Source of the DNA: a virus
Lineage: Duplodnaviria; Caudoviricetes
Length of the DNA stretch: 41,124 nucleotides
Virus record (IMG/VR): IMGVR_UViG_3300017645_000007
Span: 1-41,124 of that record
Strand: one strand, 5' to 3'
Of this stretch, positions 8,767 to 15,780 are shown one piece after another (position 1 is the first letter of the stretch; each line of letters starts with the position of its first letter). The notes beneath the pieces are model-generated. The model was not told the origin of the DNA. It searched no databases and saw only the letters and a list, made by a program, of their open reading frames with translations. Made by a program: the position numbers and the translations under genes.

Positions 8767-9194
8767 TCGCCTGCGCCTTCGGTTTCGGCCGCGGGCTGGG
8801 GGCTCAATCGCCCCCATAGGATAAACTCCTCAAACTCCGCTGCGCGGTCCACGAAATCTTCGCCCCAAGCCATATTTGCCATCGAGCGCAGCGCCATTTC
8901 GAGGCAGGTCTTTCGGATTTCCTGCGCGTAGAAGGCGAATTGTTCGCGCGCCTCATGCGACTTGCGGACGGATGCCTCTATAAGCCTTCGCTGGGCATCG
9001 GGGCTACTGATCGGTGAGAATAGAAGTCTCGCGTTCTTCGCCTCGTTGGCGGCCATTTGTCGATAAGTTTCGGCGGCGGCCGCTTTCGCCGCCTCGGTGA
9101 CGACGGGCGTGAGCGCAGCAGCGAGGGCCCGCGCCGTCTCATCATGAATGAGCTGGCGAACATGCTGCTCGATGGCGACGCTGGCGTTGCTCAC
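8763..9194 (-). CDS. Hypothetical helical protein
   Basis: GTG 9194 overlapping the cro stop; lower GC than its neighbours. Confidence 0.6.
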   Translation of the reverse strand: MSNASVAIEQHVRQLIHDETARALAAALTPVVTEAAKAAAAETYRQMAANEAKNARLLFSPISSPDAQRRLIEASVRKSHEAREQFAFYAQEIRKTCLEMALRSMANMAWGEDFVDRAAEFEEFILWGRLSPQPAAETEGAGE

Positions 9195-9490
9195 AGCGCA
9201 CCCCGCTGCAAAACCACGTTGCGATCGCAAGAGACGTCAGTTCCTCGCTGCCCTACAGCCGCTGAATGAGCACCATCAGGGAGGTTGCGTGGATAGAGGT
9301 CCGGGCGAAGTGCGTGGCGAGACACGCCGGTTGCGGCCTCGGCCTTCAGGACGAACTCTCCAGGGAGATGCTTGCCATGCTTCAGCGCATACGAAACACG
9401 CTGTTGTGCCATGCCGGTCTTTCGCTCGAAGCCTGATTGGCTACCAGCCCGATCTACGGCGAGATGAAAGGCTTCTAGGGGGCTCATCAT
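9191..9490 (-). CDS. cro: Cro-like (YdaS-family) regulator
   Basis: AVDRAGSQSGF...EAATGVSRHALRPDLY; divergent from CI. Confidence 0.88.
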   Translation of the reverse strand: MMSPLEAFHLAVDRAGSQSGFERKTGMAQQRVSYALKHGKHLPGEFVLKAEAATGVSRHALRPDLYPRNLPDGAHSAAVGQRGTDVSCDRNVVLQRGAL

Positions 9491-9572
9491 TCACAACGAG
9501 ATACATCGGATTACAACCATATACAACGCTTTTGTAGCGTCCGACGCTAAAGAATCTTTGTAGCGTCGCCGG
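9491..9572. promoter_or_regulatory. CI/Cro divergent promoter-operator region
   Basis: AT-richer 82 bp spacer; TACAA-N5-TTGTA (9522-9536), GACGCTA-N11-TAGCGTC (9543-9567), four ACAWC repeats at 10-bp spacing. Confidence 0.75.
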
Positions 9573-10259
9573 GTGGATAGATTGGACGACATAGCAACGT
9601 GGGTGCGGCAGAATCGGGAGGACCTTGGTTGGTCAGCCGCTCAGCTGGCCGAGAGAGCGCGTATCCGCGCTCGGGATCGAGGCGACCGGATACAGTTAAC
9701 GCAACAATCCATCTCTGGGTTGGAGAACGGGCGCCTCAAAAAGAAGCCGTATTGGCTGCGTTACGTCGAAGAGGCCATTGAAGAAGGAGGAAGTGATTAC
9801 CGGCGAGATGAGGTAACAAGCTTGTCAGCTGCAGATCACGCGCGGGAAATTGATGCAGTCCTCGTTCCTCATTATGGTTCATGGCTTTCGATGGGTGGTG
9901 GCACGGTGGTTTCGGAACCGGCTATCCTTGAGTATTTTTCCTTCTCGCGCTCGTGGCTTCGTGGCCGCATCCGAGGGATGCCTGAAGATGTCGTTCTCCT
10001 CAATGGTGAAGGAGATTCGATGGAGCCGACGATTCGCGATGGCGATGTGCTACTTGTCGACCGAAGCCAAAGAAATGTGCAGTCGGACAAGATTTATGCG
10101 ATCGCCGTGGGCGACACCGGAATGGTTAAGCGCCTGCGGAAAGAACGGGGAGGCGGGTACACCATCCTTTCCGACAATTCGCTGGTACCACCTGATCATG
10201 CCAACGATGGTGAAATGGAAGTGCTTGGCCGTGTTATTTGGATCGGCCGGTGGAGTTAA
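9573..10259 (+). CDS. cI: CI repressor, HTH + S24 peptidase
   Basis: N-terminal HTH; GEGDSMEPTIRDGD (catalytic Ser) and MVKRL (Lys). Confidence 0.93.
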   Translation: MDRLDDIATWVRQNREDLGWSAAQLAERARIRARDRGDRIQLTQQSISGLENGRLKKKPYWLRYVEEAIEEGGSDYRRDEVTSLSAADHAREIDAVLVPHYGSWLSMGGGTVVSEPAILEYFSFSRSWLRGRIRGMPEDVVLLNGEGDSMEPTIRDGDVLLVDRSQRNVQSDKIYAIAVGDTGMVKRLRKERGGGYTILSDNSLVPPDHANDGEMEVLGRVIWIGRWS

Positions 10260-10291
10260 AGACTGCCTTGGGGGCAAATAAGGGGGAGGTC

Positions 10292-10813
10292 ATGTCGAAA
10301 AAGATCATGGTGGCGATTGCCGCCGTTCTCGTGCTTTGTGGAGCCTGGTATTTCGGCTCGCCCCGATGGACGCTCTATCAGATGCGCTCGGCGGCCGAGG
10401 CGAAGAACGCGGACAAGCTGGCGAGCTATATCGATTTTCCCTCGCTGCGGGATTCGCTCAAAAAGCAGATGAAAGCTCAGTTAGCGGCCAAAACGCTCGA
10501 GGCGGACGACGGATTTGCGGCCTTGGGCGCTTTGTTCGCAGCCAACATGGTGGACGGCTTGATCGACGGCATGATCACGCCTGACAGTATGCGGCTGATG
10601 TTCGATCGTGCGGAAACGGCCGATGCGGGGAAGCAGGTGCAGCGGCCGATGGGCATGGATGCAACCCAGGCGACTTTCGAAAGGACCGGCTTCAGCGCGT
10701 TCCGGCTTCACACCGATGGCAAGAAGAACGGCGGTGCGCTCGAGTTTCACCGGGAGGGGCTTGGCTGGAAACTGGCGGCAATCCAGCTGCCTGCCGATGC
10801 GCTTGCTGACTGA
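10292..10813 (+). CDS. DUF2939-like membrane-anchored protein
   Basis: ATG 10292 after GGAGG; N-terminal TM then SPRWTLYQM...YIDFPSLRDSLKKQ and C-terminal REGLGWKL. Confidence 0.75.
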   Translation: MSKKIMVAIAAVLVLCGAWYFGSPRWTLYQMRSAAEAKNADKLASYIDFPSLRDSLKKQMKAQLAAKTLEADDGFAALGALFAANMVDGLIDGMITPDSMRLMFDRAETADAGKQVQRPMGMDATQATFERTGFSAFRLHTDGKKNGGALEFHREGLGWKLAAIQLPADALAD

Positions 10814-10849
10814 CGGCGGAGGGGCGAGACTGGCGCTGGGGGAACGAGA

Positions 10850-11518
10850 ATGACTGTCGAGTTTGAGGGTTTCGACGTCCAAGTCGGTAGCGTTAATAGT
10901 TTGGAACCTAATATATTTTATAGCGCAGTTCGCCTCGCCAACAGCGCTGGAACCAATTTAGGCTACAGGCAAAAGTGGCCTTTAGCTGGTCCAAATGACA
11001 TAATTTATATACTTGCGAACATGGAGTTTTGGAGAGAGGTTTTGCCGTTTGCTGGCAAAGCGATTGCTGGTGCAATAATTGGCGCGGCTGGACAAGCGCT
11101 TTGGGGGCAATTCTTTAAATCTAAACTTACTCGGGACGTCGAGGCACTAACAGATCGGCAGCGGGCGATGATCGCTGCGCTCGATGAGCTTAATAGCCAG
11201 ATAGCGAAAACGAGCAGATACTGGCAACCTAATTCAGAAATTCGTTTTGGTCTTCCGACCACCATAGGGGCCCATCGTGGCGATGTCGGCTTCACTATTC
11301 GTGATTCCGAACGAGATCCTGCCCTCGCTATCATGGCGCTGAATGTGATTGGACCCGATGTGATGGAAGTGGTCGAGGAACGACGGAAATCAAACGACGG
11401 TGCAGTCTCCAAGCATGTTATGGGCGATATCAAGATCGAGGAAGATGGTTCAGTTAGTGCAGAACTCAACGTTCACGGTACACCTATTGGGATTATCCGT
11501 AAGTCGGTGAGCAAATAA
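10850..11518 (+). CDS. Hypothetical low-GC moron protein
   Basis: 222 aa ORF, visibly AT-rich codon usage, central hydrophobic Gly/Ala helix. Confidence 0.75.
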   Translation: MTVEFEGFDVQVGSVNSLEPNIFYSAVRLANSAGTNLGYRQKWPLAGPNDIIYILANMEFWREVLPFAGKAIAGAIIGAAGQALWGQFFKSKLTRDVEALTDRQRAMIAALDELNSQIAKTSRYWQPNSEIRFGLPTTIGAHRGDVGFTIRDSERDPALAIMALNVIGPDVMEVVEERRKSNDGAVSKHVMGDIKIEEDGSVSAELNVHGTPIGIIRKSVSK

Positions 11519-11552
11519 TCGGGAGCGAAAAAGACGACTGGAAAGGCCCGTG

Positions 11553-11939
11553 TTATCGCCTCGGCCATCTTACGGCGAAGCCCTGTCGCAGCTGCTGTTC
11601 GCCCAGATCGAGGCCGTTGACGGTGCAGCGGACGACGCGGCGGCCGTAGCGGTCGGTGGGCTGGAAGCCGCGCCGATCGGGGCTGGCGTCGACGACGGCG
11701 CAGCGTACCGGCCCCTGTCGAACAAGCCGGCGGAGATTGTCACGGGAAGCGCGGGCGCGTGCGTCGTTACAGTCGGCGCCGCCCTTGGGATAGGGGCGGC
11801 AGCGCGGCGCCGAGGTGAAGTCGGGCGCATCGATGCGGGCGAGGCGCATCGCCTTGCCGCCCCGGCAGCGGATGTAATCACCGTCGTGGACGAAGGGCGC
11901 GGGGCAGGCGAAGGCGGGCGGCGGAAGAGCGGCTGGCAT
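11553..11939 (-). CDS. Thermonuclease (SNase-like) family protein
   Basis: ATG 11939; VHDGDYI, RLARIDAPD and DRYGR motifs. Confidence 0.85.
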   Translation of the reverse strand: MPAALPPPAFACPAPFVHDGDYIRCRGGKAMRLARIDAPDFTSAPRCRPYPKGGADCNDARARASRDNLRRLVRQGPVRCAVVDASPDRRGFQPTDRYGRRVVRCTVNGLDLGEQQLRQGFAVRWPRR

Positions 11940-12088
11940 CAGCCGATGCCTAGCGCATAGAGCAGCAACGTCAACGCGGCGACGGCGAGCACCAGGCGCA
12001 AGATGTCGCCGGCGAGCAGGCGGCCGAGCAGGGCCAAGCCGCCGGCTGGGGCGTCGCCGGCGGCGCGATCGGCGGGTTCGCGCAGCAC
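11939..12088 (-). CDS. Small membrane protein (49 aa), absent from the ORF track
   Basis: GTG 12088: ...LLAGDILRLVLAVAALTLLLYALGIG*; TGATG overlap with the nuclease. Confidence 0.5.
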   Translation of the reverse strand: MLREPADRAAGDAPAGGLALLGRLLAGDILRLVLAVAALTLLLYALGIG

Positions 12089-12094
12089 CGGCGG

Positions 12095-12403
12095 TCAGGC
12101 GGCCTTGAGCGTCGGGATCGCGTCGAGCTGATCGCCCAGCTCGCGCGCGGCTTTGTGGAGATCGTAAGCGTGCTGCATGTTGAGCCACATCTCCGCCCGA
12201 TTGCCGAGCAGCTTCGCGAGACGCAGCGCCATCGGCGGCGTCACCGGCAGCTTTTCGCCCAGGATATCGTACAGCGTCTGGCGCGAGACGCCGAGCAGGC
12301 GGGCGATCTCGGCCTTCGGCCGCTCGAGCGCGGGGATAATATCCTCCCGGAGCAGCGCGCCCGGGTGGGCCGGCGCGAGGCCGGCGAGCAGGGGGTTATT
12401 CAT
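12095..12403 (-). CDS. higA: HigA antitoxin (XRE HTH)
   Basis: HPGALLREDI...VTPPMALRLAKLLG...WLNMQHAYDL; RBS GAGGAGG. Confidence 0.93.
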   Translation of the reverse strand: MNNPLLAGLAPAHPGALLREDIIPALERPKAEIARLLGVSRQTLYDILGEKLPVTPPMALRLAKLLGNRAEMWLNMQHAYDLHKAARELGDQLDAIPTLKAA

Positions 12404-12413
12404 TGCGTCCTCC

Positions 12414-12686
12414 TCAATGATAGTCTTCCAGATCGACATCAATCGCACCCTCGTCCCAGCCAAAGGTGATGCGCCAGTTGCCGCTGACTGACACCGCGTA
12501 ACGCTTCGGTTCGCCGTGCAGGCCGTGGAACTCGAAACCGGGCAGGTCCATATCTTCCGGAACCGTGGCGGCGTTGAGCGCGGCGAGAATGCGGCCGATG
12601 CGCTCGGGCTTTTGCACCGACAATTTTCTGGTCTGGCCGGTGGCGGCGAACAGGCGAAGGCCCTTGTTGCGGATGCTCTTGATCAT
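12414..12686 (-). CDS. higB: HigB toxin (RelE/ParE superfamily)
   Basis: MIKSIRNKGLRLF...VSGNWRITF...VDLEDYH; toxin gene precedes antitoxin. Confidence 0.93.
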   Translation of the reverse strand: MIKSIRNKGLRLFAATGQTRKLSVQKPERIGRILAALNAATVPEDMDLPGFEFHGLHGEPKRYAVSVSGNWRITFGWDEGAIDVDLEDYH

Positions 12687-12691
12687 AGGGA

Positions 12692-12735
12692 ATATGTAAG
12701 GCAACACCTTACATATGTCAAGCGATACCTTACAT
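12692..12735 (-). promoter_or_regulatory. higBA promoter with two tandem palindromic operators
   Basis: ATATGTAAGG-N5-CCTTACATAT (12692-12716) and ATGTCAAG-N5-CCTTACAT (12715-12735); minus-strand TTGACA-N17-TACATA ends 6 nt before the higB ATG. Confidence 0.8.
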
Positions 12736-12805
12736 GAGTGGACTGACCCATTTTTGGAAACGGGCGGCTTATTATGGACTCCATAATAACGCGCGCAACG
12801 CCTAT

Positions 12806-13003
12806 ATGGCCGCAAAGAATCGAGGCCCCAAGGTGGATACGAAACAGGATGAAAAGGCGCTGCGCGCGCGCCTTATAGAAGTTTTAAAAGAATGTCAGGC
12901 TATTGCAGATCAGCTTAGGGAAGCGCGCGTGGCTATCGCTCTCGACGACGCTATCCTTTGGCTAGGTGGCGATCCTGACGAACTGACGTTAGATAAAGGG
13001 TGA
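12806..13003 (+). CDS. Small hypothetical helical protein
   Basis: MAAKNRGP...LKECQAIADQLREARVAIALDDAILWL; convergent with and overlapping the MarR-like gene. Confidence 0.5.
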   Translation: MAAKNRGPKVDTKQDEKALRARLIEVLKECQAIADQLREARVAIALDDAILWLGGDPDELTLDKG

Positions 13004-13436
13004 GAGATTCACTCATTTCTGGCGAGAGCCGGACATAGACACGCCTGCCGTCGTTCGGATCGGCAATGCGGACGAGCCGGCCCTCGTCGGTCAGAAGCTT
13101 GATCCAGCGCAGCCCCGTTGTTGGCGGCACACAGGCGGCGATACACAGGCTGCTAACGCTCACGGGCCGTTCTTCGCGCTCAGCAATGTACAGGTCGAGG
13201 AAGATGTCCCAGGCCGCATCGCTGAAATAATCGCCTGGGAAGTGGCGGTCGCGCCGGCGGCGCTCCTCATAGAGGAGCTTGGCGACTTCACCGAGAGAGA
13301 GAGGCTCCCGTTCCATCCAGGGCGTGCCCCGGGCGCGAGCAGCAACGCGCCGGCACATGTCGTCGGCCAAGAGCGTCGCGTTCGAAAGCGCCGTCCGGAG
13401 CTGATAGAGCACGTCCGTTGTCGATAGCTGTTCCAT
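12951..13436 (-). CDS. MarR-like winged-helix regulator (sphingomonad type)
   Basis: FSDAAWDIFLDLY...VSVSSLCIAACVPPTTGLRWI...DPNDGRRVYVRLS; RBS GGAGG. Confidence 0.88.
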   Translation of the reverse strand: MEQLSTTDVLYQLRTALSNATLLADDMCRRVAARARGTPWMEREPLSLGEVAKLLYEERRRRDRHFPGDYFSDAAWDIFLDLYIAEREERPVSVSSLCIAACVPPTTGLRWIKLLTDEGRLVRIADPNDGRRVYVRLSPEMSESLTLYLTSVRQDRHLAKG

Positions 13437-13476
13437 TTCTGACCCCCTCCGTTATTCCGGATGAGAAACATTAATT

Positions 13477-13497
13477 CGGTAAAATATTAATTTACCG
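13477..13497. promoter_or_regulatory. Palindrome upstream of the MarR-like gene, likely operator
   Basis: CGGTAAA-N7-TTTACCG in an AT-rich tract. Confidence 0.5.
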
Positions 13498-13662
13498 TCA
13501 AAATAGAGGGTTGGCGTCAGGCCCGAGTTTAATGCAGGAATTTCGGCGCTTGCGGTCGATACACTAATGCGCACAAGCGTCGTCTCAAGAGCGGATGGAT
13601 GAGCCATCCACGATAGTACGGAGGCCTTAAATGGATGAGCCCCCTAAAATTCAAATTTCCAG

Positions 13663-13698
13663 TTGACATGCCGATGATGCGCACCTAAATATAGGTGC
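13663..13698 (+). promoter_or_regulatory. Sigma70-like promoter with overlapping inverted-repeat operator
   Basis: TTGACA (13663)-N17-TAAATA (13686); GCACCTA-AATA-TAGGTGC (13681-13698) covers the -10. Confidence 0.75.
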
Positions 13699-13747
13699 AT
13701 CGGATGGCCATTGGGGCCGCCGGGCAAGTCCAGAAAGGGACGGCAAA

Positions 13748-13906
13748 ATGACCTATTTTGTTCACGCATCTGATTTCTCGGATATGCAGGACAGCGATTT
13801 GATCGCCATCGCGGACAGCCTGGAAGAGGCTCAAGCCGCAGTCTCGGCCGGCGATCCGCAAAAATTTCACACGATCACCGATCAATATGGATGCGGGCAC
13901 GAATAG
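13748..13906 (+). CDS. Small acidic protein (52 aa), candidate anti-defence protein; absent from the ORF track
   Basis: RBS GAAAGGGA; MTYFVHASDFSDMQDSDLIAIADSLEEAQAAVSAGDPQKFHTITDQYGCGHE (10 D/E, 1 K, 0 R). Confidence 0.7.
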   Translation: MTYFVHASDFSDMQDSDLIAIADSLEEAQAAVSAGDPQKFHTITDQYGCGHE

Positions 13907-13985
13907 GCGCCGCCCGCGTCATTCTGGCCTGCCGCCAAAATCGGCAGGCCGAAATCTTAGGCCATATCCGCGCTAAGGAGGCAAA

Positions 13986-14501
13986 ATGGCGCTCAATCCC
14001 AAGCACGACAACATCCATTACCTCGTCGGCCGCCTCTGCGGCGAAATCTATCCCGAGAGCGTCGCCGATATCCCGGCCCACACGACAGGCAAGGCGCTCG
14101 CCAACCCGATCGAGGCGATCCCGCTGCTCAAGCTGCCGGATACTGACGCCGTGGCCGAGATCATGGAGACGATGCCCGCCGATCCGCCGAGCTATCCCAA
14201 CGGCGCGCGGATCGAGCTGCAAGGCGAATTTTGGCTCGGCTATTATCAGCAGCGCGCGGCCAAACGCCGGGCCGCCGCGCTTACCCCCGACGATCTGACC
14301 CGCGCAGGACAAGCTCTGTTCGGCGATCGGTGGCAAACCGACCTGGCCGGCGCGCTCCATCTCACCGACTCGGCGCGCATCCGACAGATGCTATCCGGCC
14401 GCCGCCCCGTTCCGCCGGGTGTCGCCGCGGAGATCATGGCGCTTCTCCGGCAGAAATCAGCGGAGGCCGCGGCGATGGCGGATGATCTGGAGAGGCGGTG
14501 A
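13986..14501 (+). CDS. Cas8c C-terminal (Cas11c)-like domain fused to an HTH; candidate anti-CRISPR/Aca fusion
   Basis: RBS TAAGGAGG; MALNP...YLVGRL...ALANP...EIM...QGEFWLGYYQQR, then LTPDDLTRAGQALFGDRWQTDLAGAL...IRQMLSGRRPVP HTH. Confidence 0.7.
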   Translation: MALNPKHDNIHYLVGRLCGEIYPESVADIPAHTTGKALANPIEAIPLLKLPDTDAVAEIMETMPADPPSYPNGARIELQGEFWLGYYQQRAAKRRAAALTPDDLTRAGQALFGDRWQTDLAGALHLTDSARIRQMLSGRRPVPPGVAAEIMALLRQKSAEAAAMADDLERR

Positions 14502-14504
14502 ACG

Positions 14505-15680
14505 GTGCGATGCGCAATCTACACACGCAAATCCGCCGACGAACGCCTCGATAGCCAACTCGGATCAACGACCCGCCAACGCGAACTATGCGAGGCCTAT
14601 GTCACAAGCCAATCCGGTCAGGGCTGGCACACGATCCCAACTGCGTATGAGGATATCGGATTTTCTGGCGGGACACTTAAGCGTCCCGCGTTGGCCCGCC
14701 TGCTCGCCGACGCGGCGTTGGGCAAGATCGATGTAATATTGGTATACAAGATCGATCGTCTGTCGCGGTCCTTGCGTGATTTCCTTGACATGATCGAAAC
14801 ATTTGAACGGCATGACGTTGTATTTGTAGCAATAACGCAGTCATTCGACACGGGGTCGAGCACCGGGCGGCTGATGCTCAACGTCCTGTTGAGCTTCGCC
14901 CAGTTCGAGCGCGAGTTGACAAGTGAGCGTTTGCGTGACTGGCTAGAGGGCGCACGCCAACGAGGCCTGTGGACCGGGCGCGCTCCTTTCGGATATGACT
15001 GCACCGACAAGCGACTGACGATCAACGATGAGCAAGCGCGAGCTGTTCGCCTGGCGTTCCGCCATTATCCTCGCGTAAAATCGTCGCGCGCGATCGCTGA
15101 AATGTTAAATGCTCGCGGATATCTTAACCGTGATGGTCGGCCATGGATGATGCAGGCCGTCAACGACATGCTGCACAATCGGTTGTACAGAGGTGATCTC
15201 GTCCATGACGGGAAGGTGGTAAAGCATCAGGCGTTCGATCCAATCGTCTCGGAAACCGAATTCCGGCGGGCACAAGCTACAATCGCGGAAAGTCCGAGAC
15301 GAAAAGCTGGCATCCGGGGCAGCTGGATCGGAACGTTGGCCGAGCGAATTTATGGCTCGCGTGGCCAGAAACTCATACATCTGGCCCAGCCTCGTCGGGG
15401 CAAAGTATATCGCTACTATGTACCGAGCACGATCCGCTATCGCGTCTACGAACCTCCGCTCGACCGATATCGGGCGGAGGCACTGGAGACGGCGGTTGTC
15501 GATAAGATCGAAGAAATTACCGGTGCTACGCTGGCGACCGATAGACATGTCGCGGCCGGCCAGATCAGGCGGCTTTTGCGGCGTATAGATGTGGAGCCAG
15601 AGCAGGTGCAGCTTGAATTTAACGCCGGAGGTGTTTTTCGTGCACCGCACGATGCAGAGATTAAGGTGCGGAGTGGCTAA
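14505..15680 (+). CDS. Serine recombinase (resolvase catalytic + recombinase domain)
   Basis: CAIYTRKS catalytic Ser; YEDIGFSGGTLKRPAL; YKIDRLSRS; FAQFERE; GRAPFGY. Confidence 0.92.
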   Translation: MRCAIYTRKSADERLDSQLGSTTRQRELCEAYVTSQSGQGWHTIPTAYEDIGFSGGTLKRPALARLLADAALGKIDVILVYKIDRLSRSLRDFLDMIETFERHDVVFVAITQSFDTGSSTGRLMLNVLLSFAQFERELTSERLRDWLEGARQRGLWTGRAPFGYDCTDKRLTINDEQARAVRLAFRHYPRVKSSRAIAEMLNARGYLNRDGRPWMMQAVNDMLHNRLYRGDLVHDGKVVKHQAFDPIVSETEFRRAQATIAESPRRKAGIRGSWIGTLAERIYGSRGQKLIHLAQPRRGKVYRYYVPSTIRYRVYEPPLDRYRAEALETAVVDKIEEITGATLATDRHVAAGQIRRLLRRIDVEPEQVQLEFNAGGVFRAPHDAEIKVRSG

Positions 15681-15780
15681 CCGCTCGCCCCTCACGCCCC
15701 GGGGGTGACCCCGCCGACATAGCAGAAGCCGCCCCGCTATTCTACCGGCCGCCGCCGGCCCCAGCTCCTTAAAATGAGCG

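Noticed and set aside
13440-15780. A functional CRISPR-Cas locus around the Cas11-like gene
   Set aside because: No cas3/5/7, no full-length cas8 and no repeat-spacer array seen
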